Assembly: GCA_964016885.1 (NCBI GenBank)
Contig: OZ024740.1
Span: 398,474,001 to 398,538,000 of the forward strand
Source of the DNA: Eledone cirrhosa
Taxonomy: Eukaryota
Length of the DNA: 64,000 bases
Direction: 5' to 3'
Shown here piece by piece: positions 44,171 to 60,105 of this stretch; position 1 is the stretch's first letter, and the number at the start of each line of letters is the position of its first letter. The position numbers and the translations under genes were made by a program. The notes beneath the pieces are model-generated. The model was not told the origin of the DNA, made no database searches, and worked only from the letters and a program-made list of their open reading frames with translations.

Positions 44171-45877
44171 TTTCGCTCCGAGGAGTTGCTCACAGAAGTT
44201 AAACTTCATTTCAAGGTATTAACTACCTAAATTAAACAAAAATAGCCACTCCAGACTATTAGAACTTTCGATTAATTTAAAGCTTAATTATCAATAGAAT
44301 AATATGGTAACTAATATTTATGTATACTTTTTTAAATTCATCACTTAGTTAATTATGGTGCTTGCGTACATATTTGTGTTTGTATAAGTGCTAACAATAC
44401 TACCACTACTACTACTACGATTAATTTATCTATTCCATGGGCGACTCTAATAATGGTTTCTGATTTAGGCACAAGGCCAGAAAATTTTGGGAGAAAGGAA
44501 AGTGCGTGACTGGTACTTTATTTTATCGACCTCGTAAGAATGAAAGGCAAAGCTAACCTCGGCGGCATTATGGGGGACTCTAATAATTATTGTTTCTACT
44601 TTTGGCACAAGGCCAGCAATTATCCCAGTACATTACTGGTACTTTATTTTATCCACCCCGTAAGGATGAAAGGCAAAGTTAACCTCGGCGGGATTTGAAC
44701 TCAAAATGACAAGGGCCGTAACTCTATGCGTCAAAGCATGGCGTCCGATCCTCTACCGATACTGCCAATTCACCGCCCTAATAATAATAATAGATAGGTG
44801 AACATTTGCGGTGTTTTAGAAATGAATGCCCTTTAATAAGGTTTAACCTAGAGGAAATAACCCACAACCTTTACTTTAAACCTCATGACAACGAATGGGT
44901 CATACGACAGCAAAGAAGTTGTGTGTGACCTGGTCTGCCTCTCTCTCTCTCTATGTGTGTGTGTCAAAATATATTTGACAATTGAAAGGCGGCGTAATTT
45001 TAAACCTTACCATCAAAAGGAACATTGTGGAAAAGGCGAAAGCCTATACCGGACGAGGTACGAGAGGCTGCTTATGCAAAGCTGAAAAGCTATATATCGT
45101 AGCTTCATCAACCAACATCTTGAACTCAAGGTAGGAACCACTGACCTCCTGCCTACATACAAGAAAATTCAGCCTAGATCACTTCGAACATATCCACTCT
45201 TTGGATAACACCAACCTGCATACCGGAAAACCCAGTGCCCCACGGATTACCTAGCGGATAACGATGTGTACCGGATTGTACAAATGTCGGCAGACCCCAC
45301 CCCCCACCATAGAATCTATATCTCGGCAATCACTTCCACCCGCTAGGTTTTGCTGACTGCCGGTGACCCAACATCAAAACAATTTGTTTCATATATTTCA
45401 CAACTCTTCTATGTCATATACTATATTCCATAACTCCATATTTCATTATCTTCATAATCTTTATATTTTCCTGATCCTTATATTTTATTTTAATGTGTAT
45501 GGGGGTATGCATGTGTATGTGCGTACACAAGTACATATGTGTTCGTGTGTGTAAAAACTTCAAGTCATTTACATTGGAACTGCATCAGTGACCATGTCGC
45601 AGTCTGGCCAAAGGTTTTGCACTAGGAAATATATGACATATTTTTGTGTGATTTTAAATAAATAAAATGATTTTTTCAGACTGTATTTGTTTTAATTTCA
45701 ACACACGTACTATTTCGAAATACATATATCTGGATAAATGTAAATATATGCATGTAAATAGTATATATATGTAATTATATATATGTAAATAGTATATATA
45801 TGTAATTATATATATATGTAAATAGTATATATATGTAATTATATATATATATGTAAATATATATATATATGTAAATA

Positions 45878-45923
<46 letters not shown>

Positions 45924-46207
45924 GGGGAGGGTAGAATGTGTGTGTGTGTGCGCGTCTGTCTGTGTGCATGTCTGTTGCCCAGTTTAACATTACCACCAAG
46001 CTCTTGGTGGACGTCGGCAAACATTCGAACCAGGTCCCTGTTTGAAAATACCTTTCACCCTCCCTCCCAAATTAAAGAGGGACATAAGCATTACACCGAC
46101 ACGGCGTAGTGAGTTCGTTTATTTATTTTTATTTATTTATTTATTGTTATCCACATTGGGAAACATATTCTTACAAATTTACATGTCATTTGACGACTAA
46201 CACTCAA

Positions 46208-46261
<54 letters not shown>

Positions 46262-46297
46262 CCCTGCATCTATTTCAATGTCAAATACCAGTATATA

Positions 46298-46358
<61 letters not shown>

Positions 46359-47317
46359 GCGCATGTGTGACTGTATGTGTATATATATATATATATATAT
46401 GCATATATGTGTGTGACTGTGTATCTGTGTGTATATATATATATATGCATGTGTGTGTGACTGTGTATGTATGTATTTATATATATATGTATGTATATAT
46501 ATATGTGTGTGTGTGTGCGACTGTATGTATATGTGTATGCATATATATATATTAGTAAGGCACATGGTTTGCAATTAAAAGGTTGTGAGTTCGATTTTCG
46601 GACTGGGTGATACGTTGTGTCCTTGACCCTTTATTTCACGTTGCTCCAGTTCACTCAGCTGTAGAAATAAGTTGCGACGTCACTGGTGCCAAGCTGTATC
46701 GGCTAATGCCTTGGACAACATCGGTGGAGAAGATAGAGCGGTATGCATGGGCGACTACAGGTCTTCCACAAAACACACCTTGCCTAGGCTTGCGCTTTGG
46801 AGGGAAACTTTCTAGGGGCCTAGAATATATATAGCGAGAAAAGAGGAAAATGAAACTGGAGTCTTTTTTAAAATATTTATTTGGTTTCTTTACCGGTTTC
46901 GCAGTTCTTGTGCTTTTCAAAAGTAGAATTGAGATGGAGGGTTTGTGGTTTTTCTCACCCGACGGCTCAGCTCCGGTCGTTTCAACAGCTAGATCCGAAC
47001 ACTAGCTGTTGAAACGGCCGGAGCTCAGCCGTCGGGGTCCCGAATTTTTCTTATTACTCACTCTACTACCCCAAGTATCGAGTACTCTGGTGAGTAATGG
47101 ACAAACTGGTTTTTACCGCCTCCATTCTGATATATATATATATATATAGTAATAATAGTAATAATAATAAATTTGAAGACTAAAATCCAAAGAGGGCTCG
47201 ATGAGGATAAATATATATCAAATATATAAAAACCGTAGAGCAAATATTTATTAAAAGTATCGTCTTCCTTGTCTTCCTCCGGTTGCAACGTTTTTTTAAA
47301 TATCCACTTCTGCGTTT

Positions 47318-47393
47318 ACAGATTGACTTTGTTAGTTTCAGAAGATCCCGTTAAGGGTGAAAGCAGCGATTCCTTGCTTAAACTTTAATCTGT
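47318..47393 (+). ncRNA. Family C hammerhead (CAGAAGA core)
   Basis: ACAGATTGA..AGTTT-CAGAAGA-TCCC/GGGT-GAAA-GCA..TGC-TT-AAACT-TTAATCTGT. Confidence 0.65.
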
Positions 47394-47400
47394 TATTTTA

Positions 47401-47447
<47 letters not shown>

Positions 47448-47569
47448 AAAATGTTCAAGACCCCAACGGCAGAGCTCAGGCCGTTTCGACGGCTATTTCC
47501 TATTACCCACTCTACTACCCTAAGTATTGAGTACTCTGGTGCGTTATGGTCCTTACCAGACTTCCTTCG

Positions 47570-47645
<76 letters not shown>

Positions 47646-48984
47646 AGCGTGAACCTAATATAACTGTGTAAAAATTGCCTCCTGTGTTTTGTTTCATTTA
47701 TTAACTATATTTATATACTATTCAGTGTTGCCTTGATAATCAATCGAAATTGTGAATTAGAGAGATCATATTTGGCGGGGGCGTGGCGAGACGTGGTGGG
47801 GCGGGATGAGTAAACACCAAATAGATATATGGACAAAGAGAGGAGAGAGAAAGACAGACGGTCAGATAGAGAGAGGAGCAGAAAGAGTGGGAGGCAGTAA
47901 TAATGAATGAAGAGTCCCTCTAAGATAGTGTGAGGTAGTGGAAGGGGAATAGAAAGAAACACACAATCAAATGTATGTGGTACGAATAAGTCGGTAAATA
48001 TATCTGGTTGGATAGATCGGTGCCAGCATACATTGTAAAGATTTACTTGTATTTATCATATGATCGTGTGTTGTTTAATCGAGATCTTTTTTCATGGAAT
48101 ATATACTATGGTGGATTCTCCGTCGGTTTGGGCGATGAGCATTCTGTTGTTTGATCAACTGCATTCTTATGTAATTAACGTGTAATGTAATCATATAACG
48201 TAATTTAATCAAGGTAGGTACATCACGTTTTACCATTCACTACGTAGTTGATGCTCTTGTTACTGTTGTTATTGCTGTTGTTATTTATAGTTCCTGATCA
48301 GCCTTGATCGAGCAGACCACTGATCACAGAAAAGCATTCCAGCCATGACCATCCTAGCTTAGTGTATCTCAAGCTGCATTTTAAAACATCGCCGTCTACT
48401 CGACCAGACGATAAAAATACCAGTCAAAAATATTAGAATAGATTTAATCAACTATATTTTCTCCTTTAAAATGTGTGGTACGATAAATACAAATTTTATT
48501 TTATTTTAAATGGAATAAATTTTGGAGTTTATAAAGACACCCTTCTATAAATATAACGGCCCTTTAAAAAAAAACTTATTTCATATATAATTCTAAAATG
48601 TCTAACTTTAGGATTCAAAATCGTGAACGAAAAAGGGTTAGCGTTAGGGTTTTTGTATATATATTATCCTAATATAAATATTTGTAGATGATATAGATAT
48701 CCCAAAATGTATATTTAAGTATATGTATAATTCTAAAGTAATATTTGGGATAAAATGTACACCAAATGTTTTGGGTGTATATCATACAAAAAGAAGGTAG
48801 TTCATGAATATATTTAAAACTTTCTTATAAAGATATAGAACATCAAGAAATTCATATAATGTTTAAAAAAACCTGGATCAGCTTGGTTTTGTCATCTATA
48901 TAAACCTCTGGTTTATTTTTTCTGCTATATCAATATTCAAGCAGGTAGCAAACGTGTGTGTGTGTGTGTGTGTGCGTCTGCGTG

Positions 48985-49015
<31 letters not shown>

Positions 49016-49026
49016 ATGCGTGCGTG

Positions 49027-49061
<35 letters not shown>

Positions 49062-49447
49062 GAGGGTGAAGGTAGAAAAAGATATTAAACATTGAAATTC
49101 CTTTTATATACACATGTTTACACGCATACATCTATATACATACACACGTACATACACATACAGACAGATAGACAAATACACTTGTCATTTGAGTGTGTAT
49201 GTGTTTATATATATATATATAAATATATAAAGAAAAGAGGGTGGGAGATCGTGTGCGTCACAGAAATACCGTGGTCGAAATTGTGTACGTCCATTTCGAC
49301 GACCGATGACCACGGCGTTTTAAACTTGAGTGTCCGAAAGTCAGACATACATACATATCCCACCCCTCACCCCTCACTCTCAAGCGTGAACTTAATACCA
49401 ACACTGTTCGTACTGCACACGTTGTTATTGTTTTTGTTTTTTACTTT

Positions 49448-49515
<68 letters not shown>

Positions 49516-49600
49516 CAGGAAAGAAGAGTGACACGGTTTGCTATACAAAAAAGGTTTTTAATCTCATTGCTGACAATTGTTTCTCTGAATTTGTTACCCC

Positions 49601-49634
<34 letters not shown>

Positions 49635-49839
49635 AAAAAAGATGAAATCGAAAATGCAACTGGAGTTTTATTTTTTTTTAAATATATATATTTATTTGCG
49701 AAACCGGTAAAGGAACCAAATAAATATATATATTTTTTTTAAATAAGACTCCAGTTGCATTTCGATTTCATCTTTTTACCTTATACTTTCACTCGTGTAG
49801 GACACCTGGTTATTTTTCATTTTGTAAAAAAACCCTCAC

Positions 49840-49915
<76 letters not shown>

Positions 49916-50464
49916 CAGCAATAGGGAATTCACAGCATATCTTGGAGACTGACACTACAATCACCAAAGCTAACGAAATTAATGCGACATATTATATAGC
50001 ATATATGATACCGATGTATACATAAATGACACATACGCATGTTCTCTCTCACACATACGCGTACAGAACGCACACACACACACACATACACATATTAGAG
50101 AGAGCAATTGGCAGCAGTAGTAGTAACAGTAGAAAATGAAATCAGATGAAAATTCCGATAATACTTAGTGTTAACGTATTCATGTAAACACTTATATAAA
50201 CACAGATGTGTGTGTGTGTTAGGAAGTGCGCTAGCAGCTGGGGTGTCGGTGGTTATATCTGTATATATACAGAGTAGGTAACCAAGACTGCACCAATGTG
50301 TGGATAAATATACTGTACACATATCTTATACGATTTTGACCAGAAGGCACGTATATCTTTCAAACAACCACAAACAAATATATATATATATATGTTTATA
50401 TATAAATGTGTATATATATATATATATATTATATACTTATATATTGTATATGTGTGTGTGTGTG

Positions 50465-50527
<63 letters not shown>

Positions 50528-50930
50528 TACTATATTTATATGAACAATGTGTATGTGTGTGTGTAAATATATATATATATATATGTACTATATTCATATG
50601 CACAAATGTGTGTGTGTGTGTGTGTGTAAATATATGTATATTATATAATATATGTACTATATTCATATGCACAAATGTGTGTGTGTGTAAATATATGTAT
50701 ATTATATAATATATGTACTATATTTATATGAACAAATGTGTGTAAATATATATACATAATATATATATGTACTATATTCATATGCACAAATGTGTGTGTG
50801 TGTGTTAATATATATATTGTATAATATATATATGCACTATATTCATATGAACAAATGTGTTTGTGTATGTATGTATATATATATATATGAACAAATATAT
50901 AAGTGTGTGTGTATGTGTGTGTGTGTGTGT

Positions 50931-50962
50931 GCATACATTAGCCATGCATCTCTCCATTTGAA

Positions 50963-51003
<41 letters not shown>

Positions 51004-51032
51004 ATACATTAGCCATGCATCTCTCCATTTAA

Positions 51033-51074
<42 letters not shown>

Positions 51075-51162
51075 ATACATTAGCCATGCATCTCTCCATT
51101 TGAATGTGTGTATGTGTGTGTGTGTGTGTGTGCATACATTAGCCATGCATCTCTCCATTTGA

Positions 51163-51214
<52 letters not shown>

Positions 51215-51244
51215 ATACATTAGCCATGCATCTCTCCATTTGAA

Positions 51245-51285
<41 letters not shown>

Positions 51286-51314
51286 ATACATTAGCCATGC
51301 ATCTCTCCATTTGA

Positions 51315-51348
<34 letters not shown>

Positions 51349-51377
51349 ATACATTAGCCATGCATCTCTCCATTTGA

Positions 51378-51429
<52 letters not shown>

Positions 51430-51513
51430 ATACATTAGCCATGCATCTCTCCATTTGAATGTATGTGTGTGTGTGTGTGTGTGCATACATTAGCCATGCA
51501 TCTCTCCATTTGA

Positions 51514-51565
<52 letters not shown>

Positions 51566-51595
51566 ATACATTAGCCATGCATCTCTCCATTTGAA

Positions 51596-51629
<34 letters not shown>

Positions 51630-51661
51630 TACATTAGCCATGCATCTCTCCATTTGAATGT

Positions 51662-51703
<42 letters not shown>

Positions 51704-51735
51704 ATACATTAGCCATGCATTTCTCCATTTGAATG
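50931..51735. repeat. Minisatellite: 33-bp constant unit plus variable (GT)n, 12 copies
   Basis: GCATACATTAGCCATGCATCTCTCCATTTGAAT repeated; a second compound array lies at 50525-50860. Confidence 0.95.
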
Positions 51736-52026
51736 TATGTGTGTGTGTATTTGCATTTTCACAATTGCTATCAACATGGTTAGTGTCCTTCATCGAAAAT
51801 GCAAATACACTATAGCAATGTTCACTGCTAACCTATTTTTGCTATTGGTTTTAATATCCATTATTGATAAAAACAAGTACCAGTAATATTCTAGGGATGA
51901 ATCTATTATATTCTTCTGTTTAAAATATAAGAAATGATTGTTTATTTCGTATATACCTCAGGATATTTTAGTTCTGCTTACTAATTGCTCAAACGGCAGG
52001 ACTTGAAAACTTCGATTCATTTAGAT

Positions 52027-52340
52027 TAGGGACGTGCAACAGGCGGCCCGCGGGCCACAATCCGGCCCGCCAGACCAGTCAGTGGCCCGCGATGACCGTT
52101 TTTTATATTTAGCTTGTAGCGTTATTTAGAATTTTTTTTGTAACCGTAATACAATTTTCTATTAGTTGACCTATACTAAAGGGCTTCACTGATAGGGTTA
52201 TGTATGTTATAATTCCCCAGTTCCATGTTATGGAAAGTTGTGGTGAATCTTTGGAATAGTACTTAATAAATATTAATAGCCCTAATAGTTGTTCCAATGT
52301 TCAAAAGTGTCCCGCCAATGGAATATGTTGCACACTCCTG
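52027..52340. mobile_element. hAT (Charlie-like) MITE
   Basis: TIRs TAGGGACGTGCAAC and GTTGCACACTCCTG; perfect 8-bp TSD ATTTAGAT; subterminal GGCCCGC motifs. Confidence 0.85.
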
Positions 52341-53957
52341 ATTTAGATTATCGATTCAATTATCAGACAAAAACTTCCTGTAATGGTTTTTGAAATCTCA
52401 AAACATGAAATAAAAGTGACATCTCCAATAAAATCAGCCAATTCAAAATTTTAAGAAATAAAGATGATGCAGATTGGAGTGGATCAACAATACGACTGAA
52501 AGGGAAATAATTCAGGGGAGTGTTCTGCATACTAAATATACGGCAAAATCTCTCATATGGAATATTGTGAAGTGAAAAAACTTTAACTGAAAATTACCCA
52601 TGTAGCTAGAACACAAATATTCTAGTAGGGGAGGGGGCTGTTTAAAATCTAAGAGCAACAAAAAGGACAGTTAACTCTAATAAAATCAATTAATCGAAAA
52701 TGTTGAAAACTAACGACAAAGCAGGTTGCACTCTTTTTTTTTTTTTTTTCTTTTATTACATAGCAATTTCAACGCCCATAAAGGTGGATTTTATTTTTCC
52801 TAAACTTGTGATCTGTGTTAGTTATCGATTATACACAACTTGCTAACAGATTTGTGGCCTCGTGTTAGTCTGAAAAAATATACATTTTTTTCACTTTACT
52901 CAAACAAAACGAATTGTTGTTGCTGCTATAATTAGTGTTTAGATGTTTATCTAGTTGATGTCTTCCTCCCTCACATTACAGAAGTACTGTATCTTCTCCC
53001 AGCCTTAATTACTGCTACTATATTGGCCTCTGCTTCTCGAAACTGCCTGATCTCGTACTCAAGCACTCTCGATTCACTCATCACTTCTCCCCTCACCACA
53101 CAATTTGTGTCTAACCCTTCAGAAACTTCACTAGTCCTTCCTCCTCAAAAAGTCATCTTTCTGGATATTTTTCTCTGCACATATCTTCTTCCCCTCGTCA
53201 GCATCACGCTCGCCTGTTTCGGAGGGTCTGTAAGGGTCATAGGCTTACCTCACAAGCCTAGCTAATAAAAAAGAAAACCCTAACCTTTTTCATTTATTGG
53301 TATATTCAGTTAGTGTTTGGAACATAACCCAACAACAGGTTGCTGTAAAAAATTAAGATGGGACATCATCACTTAAATATAGCAGTTGTGTGAAAAAAAT
53401 CAAACAAAAAGAAAAATGAGCCGGTTTCAAACGGATTGTTATCAAAGTGTCATTAATCTTCTGGTAGCCATTAATAAAATAATGAAGTTTCTGAGGGGTT
53501 GGACACAAATTGTGTGGTGAGGGGAGGAATGATGAGTGAACCGAGTACGAGAGCAGCCAGTTCCAAGGAGCAGAGGCCAATGTAGTAGCAGTAATTAAGG
53601 TTGGGAGAAGATACAGCACGTCTGTGGGTTGGAGTGTGGCTGCGATTGACTTTAAACCAATGTTATATGGAGGAGATTGAATAACTGCAGAAAGGTACCC
53701 TCACTGATTATAAAATACAATATTATTAAGTTAGTGTTGCAGTAACGACTTTGGTATCACTGCCAGATTATTCACCTGTTAGTAAACATTCGTGTGAGAA
53801 ATAGCAGAAATATCAAAGAAAGTTAACTGTGTGTGTGTGTGTGTGCGTGTGCGTGTGTGAGAACAGGATAGATAAAGGAGAATTTACTACTCTAAAGTGT
53901 AATGTAGATATCATTATTAAAGGGGTAGCTAAGCTTATACCATTTCGATATGATATA

Positions 53958-54124
53958 CCGTATTTCCAGCGTCGAAGATGCTACTTTCTTTCCTAAAATA
54001 AGTCCCTGCCATGCGTCCTGGAGGCCAAAGGTTGTTTTTTTTTTTTTTGTTTTTTGTTTTTTTTGGTTGTCAAAATTAGGGTGCGTCCTCGAGGATGAAG
54101 CGTCTTCGGCACCGGGAAATACGG
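53958..54124. mobile_element. Tc1/mariner-pogo MITE
   Basis: TA|CCGTATTTCC..GGAAATACGG|TA. Confidence 0.8.
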
Positions 54125-54544
54125 TAAGCTTAGCCGTCGGGAAAAGAATCCCTATAATTTTACAAAAATACACACATACACACGCGTGTGTATGTGTGTG
54201 TGAAGGCACTCGGCTTAGTGGTAAGAGCGTCGAGCATACAATAGTGAGGTTGTGAGTTCGATTCTCAGACCGGGCTTGGCGTTGTATTCTTCAGCAGGAC
54301 ACTATTTTACGTCGCTAGAGTTCACTCAGCTGTAGAAATGAGTTGCGATGTCACTGGTGCCAAGCTGTATCGGCCATTGTCTTTCCCTTGGACAATATTG
54401 GTGGTATGGAGATGGAGGCTGGTATGTATGGTATGTATGGGCGACTATTGGTCTTTCACAAACAACCTTTCCCGGACTTGTGCCTCGGAAGGGAACTTTC
54501 TAGGTGCAAATCCCATGGTCATTCGTAACCGAAGAGAGTCTTTA

Positions 54545-54580
<36 letters not shown>

Positions 54581-55156
54581 TTAGAAAACTCAGGGTCATT
54601 TACAATTAATTAGCTCAAAGAAAGAAGCATTTCTGAGCAGTGAAATACAAGTTAATATATATTAATATATGATAATCACATACGTGTTTGTATTGCAAAA
54701 GACGAAGTTAGCTAGAATGAAATAAACTAATTAAAATAAATACAATTTGTCTGTCTCGATATAAGTCAATAAAGACAAGTTTTTGCCAATATAAGCTTGT
54801 CTTTATTGACTTTATATCGAGACAGACAAATTGTATTCATTTTAATTAGTTTATTTCATTCTAGCTAACTTCGTCTTTTGCAATACAAACACGTATGTGA
54901 TTATCATATATTAATATATATTAACTTGTATATATATATATATATATAGGGAGTTGCCTGTAATAAGTTCAAGTGTTGATATGATCGATTAAAACCATTG
55001 AAAGGAATGCCCCGGTATGGCCACAGTCCGATGATGGTAACCAACTAGAGTATATGGCTGAGTAAATACACACGTTTTTGTTTTGTTTTTCTCGTATTTT
55101 ACCGTCCCTTCCTCTTCTAATTCTTTATCTTTCTGTTTCATCTTTTGTCTCATTCT

Positions 55157-55194
55157 ATCTTCTGGTGAAGGACTCGTGTCCGAAAGGTTAAGAT
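55157..55194 (+). ncRNA. Minimal hammerhead variant (CTGGTGA core)
   Basis: ATCTT-CTGGTGAA-GGAC-TCGT-GTCC-GAAA-GG-TT-AAGAT. Confidence 0.55.
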
Positions 55195-55280
55195 TCTGTT
55201 CCTATTATTTCAAGCGTTAAACTAATATATTTTTTCATTGTAGTGTGTCGTTTGATTTGTTATTTCTGTTTATTTTATAA

Positions 55281-55374
<94 letters not shown>

Positions 55375-55452
55375 TGGTGTGTGTGTGTTTTAGGTAATTC
55401 CAAAGGAAAAGCAAAGGAAAAAAGAGTGCTCTATGTATAGAACAGGGCTATT

Positions 55453-55644
55453 TAATTAGAAAGTGAACAACACAAAATATAACTACTCCATTACGAAAGG
55501 TTTCTGGATCTCATTTTCAATCTCATTTCATATTTTTTATCCATAACATCTCTGTCTGATGACCTATCCACACGTATATTAATATTGTCTGGGACCCAGA
55601 AACCTTTCGTAATGGAGTAGTTATATTTTGTGTTGTTCACTTTC

Positions 55645-55650
<6 letters not shown>
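55453..55650 (+). mobile_element. Fold-back element with degenerate HHR
   Basis: Arms 55453-55507 and 55596-55650; CTGATGA at 55556, GAAA at 55599. Confidence 0.6.
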
Positions 55651-55712
<62 letters not shown>

Positions 55713-56394
55713 CATCGGTTGACTTAAGGGGCACTGGAAAAGTTTGAGATGTAGCCGTCTCAAATGCAAATGACTATAATAAGCATACGATCACTATAAA
55801 TAATAGTTGAGAAAAGCCAATAAAGTACCATTGGAGACGAAACAATCATGTAGAGAGGCACCTGTAGGAGATCAAAACGTGCATCTGTCAGTTAATGCAC
55901 GAGCGCTGTAAGGCTATAAAGTATAAAATCACTAGGTGCGTGAGGGGTGGATAGAGCTAGGAAGTAGTGGCGGTGGAGTAAATATTAGGAAACATTCAAC
56001 GGTGCCACAGCTGCGGTTCTGAGTGCCACGCGAACACAGATGCGTGCACAAGAGATTCAAGTACGCATGCAGCCTCAAGCGTGAGGCCTGGTTGAGTGTA
56101 TTGTTGGTGTGTGTAGGCGTGTGCACATGCATGCATCAGAATATACATACATACGCATACATACACATACATACATATATAAATACATATATAAATGCAT
56201 ACATACATATATAAATACACATACATATATAAATATATACATACATATATAAATACATACATAGATATATAAATACATAAATACATATATATACATGCAT
56301 ACATGTATATATACATACATACATGTATATTTACATACATACATATATGTATATGCATACATATATACTTACATATATACAAATATGTATACAA

Positions 56395-56425
<31 letters not shown>

Positions 56426-56997
56426 TATACATATATATATATATATACATATATACATATATATATATACATATATACATATATATATATATACATATAT
56501 ACATATATATATATATACATATATACATATATATATATATAAATATATTTCGTTTCTGAATTTGTTTAGCAAGATTCTTTATCTGAAAACGTGTGTTGAA
56601 ACCGGTATTGTTATACTTTGGGAGGGTCATGTTGCCAATAAGAAACACACGCACCAGTTGCTTTCACTTCAATTTATTATAATAAATTTATAAATTTAGG
56701 AATTTATAAATTTCCGGTTGGTTGGTTCCACAACCAGATGATTGTTTATATATTGTCAAAGTTCTTTCGTCACACATTCTGTGACCTCTTCAATGACTGT
56801 TGATTCTTTTCTTTGTTTTTGTGCCTCTCCTTTGTTCTGTCCTACGCCATCTTGTTTTTGTGTGTGTTGACAACACAAACAAAAACAAGATATATACATA
56901 TATATACATATATATATACATATATACATACATATATATATATATACATACATATATACATATACACATACATATATATATACATACATAGATATAT

Positions 56998-57028
<31 letters not shown>

Positions 57029-57063
57029 CATATATACATATACACATACATATATATATATAC

Positions 57064-57096
<33 letters not shown>

Positions 57097-57102
57097 CATA
57101 CA

Positions 57103-57134
<32 letters not shown>

Positions 57135-57203
57135 CATATATATATATATACATATATATATACATACATACATATATATATACATATATATATATATACA
57201 TAC

Positions 57204-57234
<31 letters not shown>

Positions 57235-57432
57235 CATACATATATATATACATATATATATACATATATATCTATACATATATATACATATATATATATA
57301 CATACATATACACATATATATGTACATATATATATATACATATATATATATATACATATATATATATTCATATATATATATATTCATATATATATATTCA
57401 TATATATATATTCATATATATAAATATATACA

Positions 57433-57463
<31 letters not shown>

Positions 57464-57502
57464 TCATATATATATACATTTATATACATATATATATATA
57501 CA

Positions 57503-57540
<38 letters not shown>

Positions 57541-57709
57541 CGTACAAACATATATATACATATATATATATACATACATATATATATACATATATATACA
57601 TACATACATATATATATACATATATATACATACATATATATATATACATACATATATACATATACATATATATATATATATACACATATATACACATACA
57701 CATATAGAC

Positions 57710-57820
<111 letters not shown>

Positions 57821-57869
57821 AATGTATAAATATATATATATATAAATGTATAAATATATATAAATATAT

Positions 57870-57900
<31 letters not shown>

Positions 57901-57909
57901 AATGTATAA

Positions 57910-57942
<33 letters not shown>

Positions 57943-57961
57943 AATATATATACATGTATAA

Positions 57962-57994
<33 letters not shown>

Positions 57995-58059
57995 AATATA
58001 TATATATATAAATGTATAAATATATAAATGTATAAATATATATATATATATATATAAAT

Positions 58060-58151
<92 letters not shown>

Positions 58152-58279
58152 CAAGGTTAACATACGTTGACGCCCTAAGGACAGACACTGGTCTGTTGGA
58201 GATGCAGGATATGGCAGCGATAATGAGGGACAGAGACCGCTGGAGAGAACTCGTCCATGGATCTCGGGAATTTTACCTT

Positions 58280-58366
<87 letters not shown>

Positions 58367-58590
58367 CATACATATATTACTATTATATATGTAAATATGC
58401 ATAATGGCAGCAGCAACGAACTCCCAATAGCCAGCCAACAGAGGCTGGAGAATATGTAGCAAGAAGGGCTGTGCGCCACCATGGCCTCAGCCGGATAGCT
58501 CGAACAGGTAAAAGAGTAAAAGAGATTATATATATATTCCATATGTTAAGGGTGAAAGCATCGATTCTTTGCTTACACTTTAATTTGTTA

Positions 58591-58631
<41 letters not shown>

Positions 58632-58847
58632 ACAAATGGAAACTATATTTATAAAACCATATTTATTTTATTATACATATTTCAAGGGCCACTAAACTGT
58701 TGAGTGCTTTATATAAGCTATAAAAAATTTTAATCTGGTTGAATCCCAACAAATTAAATATAACCTCTGCATATATATAAATATATATATATATATATTT
58801 GTAAATATGCAAATATATATATATATATATATATATTTGTACATATG

Positions 58848-58891
<44 letters not shown>

Positions 58892-59051
58892 AATATGCAT
58901 ATATAAATATATATATATATATAATATATGTAAATATGAATATATATGTAAATATGCATATATATATATATGTAAATATAATATAATATATGTAAATATG
59001 CATATATATATATATATGTAAATATGCATATATATGCATATTTACATGTAT

Positions 59052-59082
<31 letters not shown>

Positions 59083-59091
59083 GTAAATATG

Positions 59092-59155
<64 letters not shown>

Positions 59156-59355
59156 TATAACGAAGGAAATGTGGTAAGGAACCAGATGGATCATAACGCA
59201 CCAAAGTACTCAATACTTAGGGTAGTAGAGTGGGTAATAGGAACGAGTAGGACCCCGACGCCTGAGCTCAAGCCGTTTCGACATTTCGACAGCTAATTCT
59301 GGACTGAATTAGCCGTCGAAACGGCTTGAGCTCAGCCGTCGGGGTCCTACTCGTT

Positions 59356-59427
<72 letters not shown>

Positions 59428-59744
59428 AATATGCTTCTATATATATATATGCGTATCACTTTTTCCATATAAAACAAGTAACATTCAGAGACCAACCAGA
59501 TGTGAGAAAAACCACAGACCCTCCATCTCAACTATACTTTTGAAATGCGGAAGAACTGCGAAACCGGTAAAGGAACCTAATAAAGTTTTTTTTTTTTTTA
59601 AATAAGACTCCAGTTGCATTTTCGATTTCATCTTTTTTTCTTTATATTTTCATTCGTGTAGGATACCTCTGTGATTTTTCATTTTGTAAAAAAAAACCTC
59701 ACTTTCTAATACATATATATATATATATATACATATATATAAGC

Positions 59745-59792
<48 letters not shown>

Positions 59793-59861
59793 ATGTGTGT
59801 GTGTGTGTGTGTGTGTAAATATGCATATATATATATATATACATATATATATATGTAAATA

Positions 59862-59961
<100 letters not shown>

Positions 59962-59965
59962 TATT

Positions 59966-59996
<31 letters not shown>

Positions 59997-60027
59997 GTGT
60001 GTGTGGTAATATGGATATATATATATA

Positions 60028-60105
<78 letters not shown>

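Noticed and set aside
50931-51735. CRISPR-like repeat array
   Set aside because: Spacers are (GT)n, there are no cas genes, and the context is eukaryotic.
52975-53625. Diverged inverted pair of about 150 bp (52975-53130 and 53482-53625)
   Set aside because: Probably two old copies of a dispersed repeat; no termini or TSD identified.
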